IMG/VR virus record: IMGVR_UViG_3300037427_004270
Direction: 5' to 3' (one strand)
Length of the DNA: 64,000 nt
From: a virus
Both the position numbers and the translations under genes were made by a program. Positions 44,647 to 52,189 of the stretch are shown here, piece after piece. Below the pieces are notes generated by a model that did not search any database, had not been told where the DNA came from, and saw nothing but the letters and a program-made list of their open reading frames with translations. Every line of letters begins with the position of its first letter. Position 1 is the first letter of the stretch.

Positions 44647-46587
44647 CTAGAAGCAGACGTCTTGGAAAATATCCTTTAAAATTTCAGTATATCGAGAGCC
44701 GCTTGGTGGGTGAATATCAATTGTTCTATCCGGATCTCCGTATGCTGCAGCCATCCAGGATGACAAATAATTGATCGCATCAATAAAAAAGATCTCTACT
44801 GCATCGCCCGGCTCGCATCCGGCTATACCACATGGGGAGGCCAGCGCAGATATATCTTGAGGCTGATTTCCCCAAGTTGTTTGTGGCCCCTCATCGCTAA
44901 TGCTGATCACATACGGAAAAGCATCACTTCTCCAAGGAATAGCCAGGGGGTTTACGGGGTCTACGGCTGCAGCAACGACATCAGATGTTCTCTCCCATCC
45001 GCCTCCATGACAACCCAAGCTTGCAATGATGCTGGTAAGTGATGCGGCATCAACCATCCCGGCCTGAGTCATTACGACTGCATTGCCATAGGAATTTGAA
45101 TGATGCTGGCTTGGGTGCATTATTAACCCGAAACGATGGTCTGTTTCTTCAAAGTCAGCAACATATGATGCAATGCCTTCTGCTAGAGCTTCGATGTAGG
45201 GACACATGGAGCCTGAAGTGTCAATGACAAATACCATGTCCACTTTGTCATGTGCATTCAAGTCTTCGTCTATCTCTCCGTCACAGTCATTGTCTATCTG
45301 ATCGCACACCTCTTCTTCTGGCAGTATCTCCCCTACGCAGTTACCCCAAGCACCTACTTCGCAGGTGGTGGTGCCCAGACGACACTGGCCAATGCCATGC
45401 AAGTTTGGATTGTTGCCGCACATGGAAACTATCCCGTCGATGTTGCCGTCACAGTCGTTATCCCAGTTGTCGCAAATCTCCGGCTCGATGCCTTGGTAAA
45501 CACATGTTCCCCAAACTCCAAACTCATCACAGACCTGCATACCAAAGCCACAGTTGAGGAGGTTGCCCTCAGTGTCGTAAATGTCTTCTCTGCACACCTG
45601 TATTTCGTCCTTTATACAAAGGCACCCCTCGTCAATTTCTCCGTCGCAGTCGTTATCAATCTCATCACAAAGCTCTGTTGTGGGTTGTGGGGCGTCACAG
45701 AAAGCCCATCGACCGAGGAGGCACTTTTCCATACCTGGGCCACAAATAGACTCGCATGGTTGAAATAAGTTCTCGTCCGTCGCTCCGTCACAGTCATCGT
45801 CGAGGTTGTTGCACGTTTCATTCATTGGCATGACAGCATCAAAACATTTAAGATCTCCTTCAACACAATATTCCAAGCCATAGGCGCAAATACCGACATC
45901 GCTGAAACCGCATACCCTCTGGTTCAGTGAACTAAGTTCAACAGGGTCGTCGTCAACAATACCGTTACAGTCATTATCAACTCCGTCGCACCTTTCCTGC
46001 TCATCTAACACTTGCCCCTCACAGTTCGTCATTTGCCCGTCAGTGCATCTCATGATGCCAGTGGCACACGGAGTGGTATCGGAGAAGATAACGTCTTCAG
46101 AGCCCGTCCAGCACTCCACAGGGGGTATCTCATCTATCTCACCGTTGCAGTTATCATCATAACCATTGCAAACCTCAGTTCTCATTGGTCTAATGTCTGG
46201 ATTTGTGTCATCGCAGTCTTGTGCATTCAAGCACGACTCTAATGAGTTGAAGCCATCGCCGTCCTTGTCTTCTGACAGGCCATCGTCGATAAGGCCATTG
46301 CAGTCATCGTCCTTTTCGTTACACTCTTCGTCTTGTGGTCCGAGGTATTCTTCGCAAGTAACTGAGTAGTCTCTATTATCGCACACCGTTGTGCCAAAAG
46401 AACACTCGCCCAACTCAGTCAGGCCTTGAAGGTCAATGCCTATCAAGACTTCTCCGTCTGTGCCGGTGGCACAAGGTTCTGGTGGTGGGCAAAAGCGTGT
46501 CAGTTGTTCATCGCACTGTGGGCATGCAGCTAACACCAAAAGCATTATGGCGCTAACCGAAAAAAACCTAGACATTTTTTTTCTCAT
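44647..46587 (-). CDS. lipoprotein with seven Cys/Asp 'putative metal-binding motif' (MopE-related) repeats and C-terminal vWA domain
   Basis: LLVLAAC lipobox; seven E.C(D/N)..D(N/D)(D/N)C(D/N)G..D repeats; FVIDTSGS MIDAS..SISDEG. Confidence 0.88.
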   Translation of the reverse strand: MRKKMSRFFSVSAIMLLVLAACPQCDEQLTRFCPPPEPCATGTDGEVLIGIDLQGLTELGECSFGTTVCDNRDYSVTCEEYLGPQDEECNEKDDDCNGLIDDGLSEDKDGDGFNSLESCLNAQDCDDTNPDIRPMRTEVCNGYDDNCNGEIDEIPPVECWTGSEDVIFSDTTPCATGIMRCTDGQMTNCEGQVLDEQERCDGVDNDCNGIVDDDPVELSSLNQRVCGFSDVGICAYGLEYCVEGDLKCFDAVMPMNETCNNLDDDCDGATDENLFQPCESICGPGMEKCLLGRWAFCDAPQPTTELCDEIDNDCDGEIDEGCLCIKDEIQVCREDIYDTEGNLLNCGFGMQVCDEFGVWGTCVYQGIEPEICDNWDNDCDGNIDGIVSMCGNNPNLHGIGQCRLGTTTCEVGAWGNCVGEILPEEEVCDQIDNDCDGEIDEDLNAHDKVDMVFVIDTSGSMCPYIEALAEGIASYVADFEETDHRFGLIMHPSQHHSNSYGNAVVMTQAGMVDAASLTSIIASLGCHGGGWERTSDVVAAAVDPVNPLAIPWRSDAFPYVISISDEGPQTTWGNQPQDISALASPCGIAGCEPGDAVEIFFIDAINYLSSWMAAAYGDPDRTIDIHPPSGSRYTEILKDIFQDVCF

Positions 46588-46651
46588 AATATAAATATGA
46601 TCAAAAACTATTATAAATCACTTTTCCAAGGCTTACAAGCGGTTTTTTTTG

Positions 46652-46846
46652 CTATTCCTGGCCTAGTTTGTCCAAGATCTCCACTTTAAGTGTGCATTCA
46701 TCCATATCATTTAAGTACCTTACCACAGTTTTGAAAGAAGCTTCAACAAAAATATTACCATCAATATCACAATAGTGACAGCTCAGGCCTCGCTTCCCTC
46801 GACAAGTCATACAGGCACACTTCACATAAAGCTTTTTATCTGCCAA
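46652..46846 (-). CDS. small Cys-rich (zinc-finger-like) protein
   Basis: CACMTC..CHYC. Confidence 0.55.
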   Translation of the reverse strand: MADKKLYVKCACMTCRGKRGLSCHYCDIDGNIFVEASFKTVVRYLNDMDECTLKVEILDKLGQE

Positions 46847-46910
46847 GTGCTGTCCCTCTGAATTCTCGGTATGTCATATAGTAAATATGAGTACAAAAGA
46901 CAAAGGGCTC

Positions 46911-47078
46911 TTAAAAAAATTGTAAAGTTTTTTTATCGTCGTCGGTGAAGGTTCTGTCATCATCAACAAGGGTAATGTCGAAGTCTTCAGGGATGGTCTG
47001 ATCAGGGTCGAGCTTCATGTGGTCCAGCCTTTTCATAAAAACTTCATTGATAAATTGTTCAGGTAATTTGTTCGACAT
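46911..47078 (-). CDS. small acidic protein (55 aa)
   Basis: Manual translation MSNKLPEQF...DDDRTFTDDDKKTLQFF; not in ORF track. Confidence 0.55.
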   Translation of the reverse strand: MSNKLPEQFINEVFMKRLDHMKLDPDQTIPEDFDITLVDDDRTFTDDDKKTLQFF

Positions 47079-47134
47079 ATTATAACTATATCAGAAAAGT
47101 AGAAAAGTTATGTGTCAGGTGTGTGAAATGTGTA

Positions 47135-47779
47135 TCAAAGCTCTCTTTTTATGTGTCTTTCCTCACATACCACCAGAGCTTGCCTCTTTCCGACCAAAAC
47201 TATGCTGTACTTCTTCGAGCCTTTTGCGAAGGATGAGATATATTGGTAGTTGTTTTTTATGACAATGGCCAAGTGACCCCTCATGTCCTGCCTAACAGTG
47301 GCTGCAGAGCGCAACATGATAAGAGAGCCGATGGAATACTTTGGTTCTCTGGTAATTTCATGATATGCCTTGTTTGCATACTTGTTGTCGCACATCTTTT
47401 CATATGCTGTACGAGAAGGTACGAACTTGTCATCAGTTAGAATGCGAGTAGACATGGAGGCATAGTATCCTCCTGGGCCGAAGAAATATTGGTTGGCAAT
47501 CACGAGAGCCTTTTCTCTGTGTTCCTTTCTGTACTCTTCTTTCCACTTGTTATGTTCTTCTATCACTTCAGGCTTTGTAAAACTTTCTATCTTTTCGAAA
47601 GCTCGGTGCTGGCGGTAGGTGAGTCTCCCGTATGTATGGTAACTATTAGCGAGGGACTGCAAAAAGTCTATAATACTTTGGTCTTCTGGGTCATTCTCTT
47701 GTTTAAAACGAATGGCTTCTTCAATTCTTTCGTCTAAAGTGATCTCTTGTATTTCCATGATGCCTCCCGGTTGGGACAT
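47135..47779 (-). CDS. hypothetical protein with C-terminal SH3-like barrel
   Basis: FLQSLANSY..LTYRQ motif; YSIGSLIMLR..LAIVI..YSIV; start may be 47758. Confidence 0.65.
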   Translation of the reverse strand: MSQPGGIMEIQEITLDERIEEAIRFKQENDPEDQSIIDFLQSLANSYHTYGRLTYRQHRAFEKIESFTKPEVIEEHNKWKEEYRKEHREKALVIANQYFFGPGGYYASMSTRILTDDKFVPSRTAYEKMCDNKYANKAYHEITREPKYSIGSLIMLRSAATVRQDMRGHLAIVIKNNYQYISSFAKGSKKYSIVLVGKRQALVVCEERHIKREL

Positions 47780-47807
47780 TATAACACGAAGTTGAACGGA
47801 ATGTCAA
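47778..47807 (-). promoter_or_regulatory. sigma70-type promoter
   Basis: TTGACA-18 bp-TATAAT. Confidence 0.7.
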
Positions 47808-48271
47808 GCACTCTTGGTGAAAGCATACTTATACAAGCGAGTAAGAAAAACTTCTCGCCCTCCCTCGTTCTTTAGCTGATTTACTTCACACGATGGAACT
47901 GGGGACCGTAGATGCATGGTCCCCTTCATCACTGAGCCTCGACTCTTAACACCAACAGACATGCCGCACGAGGGCGAGTTTGCAATACCAATGAAACCAA
48001 CTGCATCCGGATGCCTGGAGAATATCTCTTCCGACTTTGACATCATAGATGGATAGACATTCTCTCCTCCCATCTTTCCGTGAACCTCGTCGCCAATTTG
48101 CATCAGTCTTATATTCTGGCGAGGGGTACCAAAAAGTTCGTGTTCTGGGCAAACAGGTACAAGTGTTATACCATTCTCTTTCGCCCACTCTTGAACGTCT
48201 GGTCTGTGTTTGTCGGCACCATTCCACCTGACCTTGTTGCCCAGAACACATGAACTTATTAGTACTTTCAT
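47804..48271 (-). CDS. tudS: DUF523 / 2-thiouracil desulfurase family [4Fe-4S] protein
   Basis: ISSCVLGNKVRWNG, PVCPE, GTPRQNIRL, SPSCG. Confidence 0.85.
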   Translation of the reverse strand: MKVLISSCVLGNKVRWNGADKHRPDVQEWAKENGITLVPVCPEHELFGTPRQNIRLMQIGDEVHGKMGGENVYPSMMSKSEEIFSRHPDAVGFIGIANSPSCGMSVGVKSRGSVMKGTMHLRSPVPSCEVNQLKNEGGREVFLTRLYKYAFTKSA

Positions 48272-48287
48272 CGGCTATCCGTTATGC

Positions 48288-48364
48288 TGGCACACTCGGC
48301 AGGACTCGAACCTGCAACCCTCGGCTTAGAAGGCCGATGCTCTATCCAGTTGAGCTACGAGTGC
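48288..48364 (-). tRNA. tRNA-Arg(TCT)
   Basis: Full cloverleaf GCACTCG...anticodon loop CTTCTAA...GGTTCGAGTCC...GTGTG-CCA. Confidence 0.95.
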
Positions 48365-48374
48365 TTAAAAAAAA

Positions 48375-48471
48375 GGGGGTTCCGGAGTCGAACCGGAATG
48401 AGCAGCATCGGCATGCCATTAGCCACCGTCGTGACCATTGCCTTGCCCCCCACAAGTTTCACTACGGAACC
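48375..48471 (-). ncRNA. tRNA/tmRNA-like element (degenerate)
   Basis: Perfect T-arm TTCCGG-TTCGACT-CCGGAA, G6/C5 ends, but no canonical anticodon arm or CCA. Confidence 0.4.
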
Positions 48472-48550
48472 ACATAACTGCTCAACGAGAGAAGAAACAG
48501 TCCCGTAACAAAAAGGGTTGAGAACACTATTATTATAACATCTAGAGCTT

Positions 48551-48820
48551 TCACGAGTTGCAGTCCTTATACTGAAGCTCCCACTCACAATCCTGTGAAC
48601 CATAAGCACAGTAGTCGTATCTGCAGGTACCTCCGTCAGACTCGTCAAATGTCCAAGAACAACAAACGCCATAAGAATTGGACGTGCACTCGTCGGGAGC
48701 TTCCTCAAAGGGATACTCGTGAGAACACTGAGGTGGTTCTGGGTCTGGTGCTGCGACCCATTCTGGCATTGGCTCCACGCAAGCGATTGCGCCAAATGCT
48801 ATAAGTAAAATACTTTTCAT
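48551..48820 (-). CDS. Cys-rich lipoprotein
   Basis: IAFGAIAC lipobox; six further Cys; AGGA RBS. Confidence 0.7.
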   Translation of the reverse strand: MKSILLIAFGAIACVEPMPEWVAAPDPEPPQCSHEYPFEEAPDECTSNSYGVCCSWTFDESDGGTCRYDYCAYGSQDCEWELQYKDCNS

Positions 48821-48847
48821 ATTTCCTCCGAATAAACTGTTTTTTAT

Positions 48848-48876
48848 ATTATAACGTATCTTAAAAGCTGTGTCAA
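48848..48876 (-). promoter_or_regulatory. sigma70-type promoter
   Basis: TTGACA-17 bp-TATAAT. Confidence 0.8.
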
Positions 48877-48880
48877 TACT

Positions 48881-49339
48881 TTATTTGCTTTTTATTGTGT
48901 AGTATACGTTCATCACTCTCTTGACGTAGGAATATCTCATCTTTTTAAAGCAGATATATCCTGCATTATATGCACATAGGGCTAGTTCTCGATCTCCCTT
49001 TGCGCGATCCAGCCACCAGCGGAGGGCCTTTGTGCCGACCTTGATGTTCGTCTTAGGATCTTTTAACTCTTCACAAGTATAAAGAGAGCCATCCTTCTTT
49101 GGATTCCACTTTGGTATCACCTGCATCAAGCCACAAGCGCCTGCTTCTGACACTGCTTTCGGATACCAACTGCTCTCAACCTGGATGATTGCAGCAACGA
49201 GCTCTGGCTCCAGGTTGCTCTGCTTTGCATGTTCGATAATTGTTGGGGTATATTCTTGTATTTTCTTTTCTGATATTGTAGTGTGCGACACAAGAAACGC
49301 TATAATAGCCGCACTAGACAAATTTGATACTAAACTCAC
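48881..49339 (-). CDS. SLT-family lytic transglycosylase
   Basis: AAIIQVESSW, AGACGLMQV, NIKVG, ALCAYNAG; N-terminal signal anchor. Confidence 0.92.
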   Translation of the reverse strand: MSLVSNLSSAAIIAFLVSHTTISEKKIQEYTPTIIEHAKQSNLEPELVAAIIQVESSWYPKAVSEAGACGLMQVIPKWNPKKDGSLYTCEELKDPKTNIKVGTKALRWWLDRAKGDRELALCAYNAGYICFKKMRYSYVKRVMNVYYTIKSK

Positions 49340-49617
49340 GCTTCACCATCTTTCTCCGTTATATAAAGACCACTTGCTCTGGCAACCATGTCCATTCCTG
49401 CCCTCTCTGCTGTCTTTTTGAGGCTATCGAGCTGGTCATGGCTTAGGCCTATATCCAACATTTTTCTGTGAATGAGTTGGTGGATCATTTCAACAGCAGC
49501 ATATATGTAAATATACCCCTCAATGTTTGTGGTGTGACCCTTTTTCATCATTTGGCTTAAAAATTCGGTATAAATCTCTTCAACCTTATCAATGTCGAAA
49601 TGAACTTTGTTAGACAT
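49336..49617 (-). CDS. hypothetical protein
   Basis: 93 aa, coupled to neighbours. Confidence 0.6.
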   Translation of the reverse strand: MSNKVHFDIDKVEEIYTEFLSQMMKKGHTTNIEGYIYIYAAVEMIHQLIHRKMLDIGLSHDQLDSLKKTAERAGMDMVARASGLYITEKDGEA

Positions 49618-50110
49618 CTTTCTTTTTTCTCGTGCTTTTCTTTTTTGCTTTTGGTTGAGAAGCCTGAGCCTTCAAAGAGTTTTCCGCATCTATCACTCTC
49701 TTCTCAAGTTCTTTTATAGTATCTTCTCTGGCCTTTATAAGAGAGTTAAACTCTTTAGTTCTTTCATCAATGAGTGTCTGGGCCTGCTCTTTTATTGCTA
49801 TTGTTTGCTCTTCGATCATTTCGCTTGCTTTCATCTTCAACTCTTCGTCCTTTAATTTCTGAGCCACGTCTGCGTAACTCTTTAGATAGTCCAGAAGAGA
49901 TTCTATCTTGTCGTATACTTGGTTTAAATCTTCTACGCAACCTTCTACTACGATGCGGCCCACGTTGATTTGCTTTATATCATCGACTATCTCAACGTCT
50001 TCAATTTTCTTGCTTATCTTCGCAAGGAGCTCCGCAATTTCTTGCTTATTCTTTTTAAGCTCATAAGGGATCTTCTTAACGTCGATATCATAACTCATTC
50101 TTACTTTCAT
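49610..50110 (-). CDS. coiled-coil protein
   Basis: Heptad-rich; start MKVRM with AGGAG RBS. Confidence 0.65.
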   Translation of the reverse strand: MKVRMSYDIDVKKIPYELKKNKQEIAELLAKISKKIEDVEIVDDIKQINVGRIVVEGCVEDLNQVYDKIESLLDYLKSYADVAQKLKDEELKMKASEMIEEQTIAIKEQAQTLIDERTKEFNSLIKAREDTIKELEKRVIDAENSLKAQASQPKAKKKSTRKKKDV

Positions 50111-50120
50111 CTCTTTTCTC

Positions 50121-50408
50121 CTATTGAATAGTATCAAAAAACTCTTTAATAAAGAAAGTCACGAGGCTTACCATGCCGGTAACGAGCATCCAGGTCATTT
50201 TGGTGGAAGTTGATTTCCACTGCTCTAAGTCTCTTATTCGAGCATATATTCCCTGATCTGGACCGTATATAGATTCTTTTACTTTTTGAAGGGCCATGTT
50301 GCTCTCTTCTTGTTTTTCTTTTAATTCGTCTATCTTGATATTCAGGACATCCAGCTTGCCAAAAATCTTGGCTAAGACTGTTCCTATATTGAGCTCGTCG
50401 CCATGCAT
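50121..50408 (-). CDS. coiled-coil protein with C-terminal TM (holin/XhlA-like)
   Basis: IYARIRDLEQWK followed by WMLVTGMVSLVTFFI. Confidence 0.5.
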   Translation of the reverse strand: MHGDELNIGTVLAKIFGKLDVLNIKIDELKEKQEESNMALQKVKESIYGPDQGIYARIRDLEQWKSTSTKMTWMLVTGMVSLVTFFIKEFFDTIQ

Positions 50409-50445
50409 GGTACATTCCTCCGACTACTATAAGTAGTTTGCGGAG

Positions 50446-52023
50446 CTAGGACTTATCATCTACAATAGCATATTTCGTGTTCAACAAAGTTGATGCAGCG
50501 GAGGATGCATTGAGTAGGGCATTTTTTGTCACCTTTACTGGATCTAGCACCCCGCGCTCAACGAGATCTTCATACTTCTGTGTAGAGAAATTATAGCCAT
50601 AGCTGTGTTCTTCCTTGTTATTAACATTCTCTATAATAACATCCGCACTAACGCCGGAGTTCTTTGCCATCTGTTTAATGGGATGTGAGCAAGCCCTGGC
50701 GACGATATCAAGGCCACAACGCTGCTCTGGACTATCAAAAGCAACACTCTTCAGGAGGGCACTTCCTCTCAACAGAGCTACTCCGCCGCCTGGAATAACG
50801 CCTTCTTCTTGAGCTGACTTCACTGCTTCCAGCGAGTCCTCTATTCTGTGCTTCTTTTCTATCATTTCAATCTCAGTTGGTGCACCGACATTAATAATGG
50901 CCACGCCTGCAGCCAAGCGGCTGAGTCGTTCTTGCAATGTATGACACAAGTTAATGTCTTCTGTACTTTCAATCTCTGAAGATATTTCTGCAATCTTCTT
51001 TTCTATAACTTCTGGATCTCCAGCGCCGCCAATAAAAGTGGTTTCAAACTTGCTGGACTCTACATGTTTTGCTGTGCCGAAGTGCTCAAGCTTCACCTCT
51101 CTCAAGGAAACCCCAGTCTCTCTGGAGATGAGGGTGGCTCCTGTTGAGGCACACAAGTCTTTTATAATGTTTCTTCTCTCTTCTCCGTATCTCGGAGCTT
51201 TGACTGCGGCAACCTTCATGGTGCCTCTGATAGAATTCATAATAAGGGCTGCTAATGCCTGTCCTTCGATGTTATCAGCAACAACAACGAAAGGTCTTTT
51301 GTCCCTAGCAGCGATCTCCAAGGCTGGGAGTACATCATCTACTGCATCAATCACTTCGTCTGTCACTAACACCAATGCATTATCATATTTGAGAAGACCT
51401 CGACGCTCGTCAGTAGCGAAAGAAGCGGCAACGATGCCACTATCAAAACGAAAACCCTCAACAACCTCAAGATGTGTATCATTTGTTCTTCCTTCCCGAA
51501 TAGAAATGGAGCCATCAACTCCAATAAGCTCAATGGCCTTGCCAATAAGTTCACCAATGGTCTTGTCGCCATTGGCTGAAATGGTGGCAATGTTGACAAT
51601 ATCGTCCAGACTCTCAACAGGCTTTGCCTCTTGGGTCAGTCCTTCGCAAACAATCTCCACAGCTTTATCAATACCACGCTTAATTTCAGCGGGTGAATAG
51701 CCAGAGGCAATATACTTCTGGGCTTCTACCATGATAGCTCTCGTAAGGATGGTTGCAGTGGTAGTTCCGTCTCCGGCGACTGCATTTGTTTGGCGAGATG
51801 ACTGCTTTACAATTTGTGCACCAAGGTTTTCAAACGGGTCTTCAAAGTCTACAAATTCTGCGACAGTAACCCCGTCTTTGGTAATGATAGGTTGGCCGTC
51901 GCTGCCCTGTAGGATGACGTTCTGGCCTCTTGGTCCCAATGTGCTGGCTACGTTGTCTGCCAACTTGTTAATACCTTCTAGAATTTTATCTCTCAAGCTC
52001 TGGCTGTCGTCATATACTTTCAT
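50446..52023 (-). CDS. groEL: phage group I chaperonin (GroEL-like)
   Basis: STLGPRG, ITKDGVTVA, AGDGTTTAT, KAPRYGEERR, PGGG, DPVKV; no GGM tail. Confidence 0.96.
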   Translation of the reverse strand: MKVYDDSQSLRDKILEGINKLADNVASTLGPRGQNVILQGSDGQPIITKDGVTVAEFVDFEDPFENLGAQIVKQSSRQTNAVAGDGTTTATILTRAIMVEAQKYIASGYSPAEIKRGIDKAVEIVCEGLTQEAKPVESLDDIVNIATISANGDKTIGELIGKAIELIGVDGSISIREGRTNDTHLEVVEGFRFDSGIVAASFATDERRGLLKYDNALVLVTDEVIDAVDDVLPALEIAARDKRPFVVVADNIEGQALAALIMNSIRGTMKVAAVKAPRYGEERRNIIKDLCASTGATLISRETGVSLREVKLEHFGTAKHVESSKFETTFIGGAGDPEVIEKKIAEISSEIESTEDINLCHTLQERLSRLAAGVAIINVGAPTEIEMIEKKHRIEDSLEAVKSAQEEGVIPGGGVALLRGSALLKSVAFDSPEQRCGLDIVARACSHPIKQMAKNSGVSADVIIENVNNKEEHSYGYNFSTQKYEDLVERGVLDPVKVTKNALLNASSAASTLLNTKYAIVDDKS

Positions 52024-52046
52024 TCGTTATTACCTTTCATTAGCAA

Positions 52047-52122
<76 letters not shown>

Positions 52123-52189
52123 AAAAAAAGCAGGACAAAGTGTCCTGCTTCTATTATAAACATATTTTTGAGAAAGTAAAGTCTTTTTC

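Noticed and set aside
48375-48451. Calling the element a functional tRNA or full tmRNA
   Set aside because: No 5-bp anticodon stem, no CCA, no G3-U70 pair, and no tag reading frame; kept only as a tRNA-like element.
50954-51700. 248-aa + strand ORF
   Set aside because: Antisense shadow of groEL.
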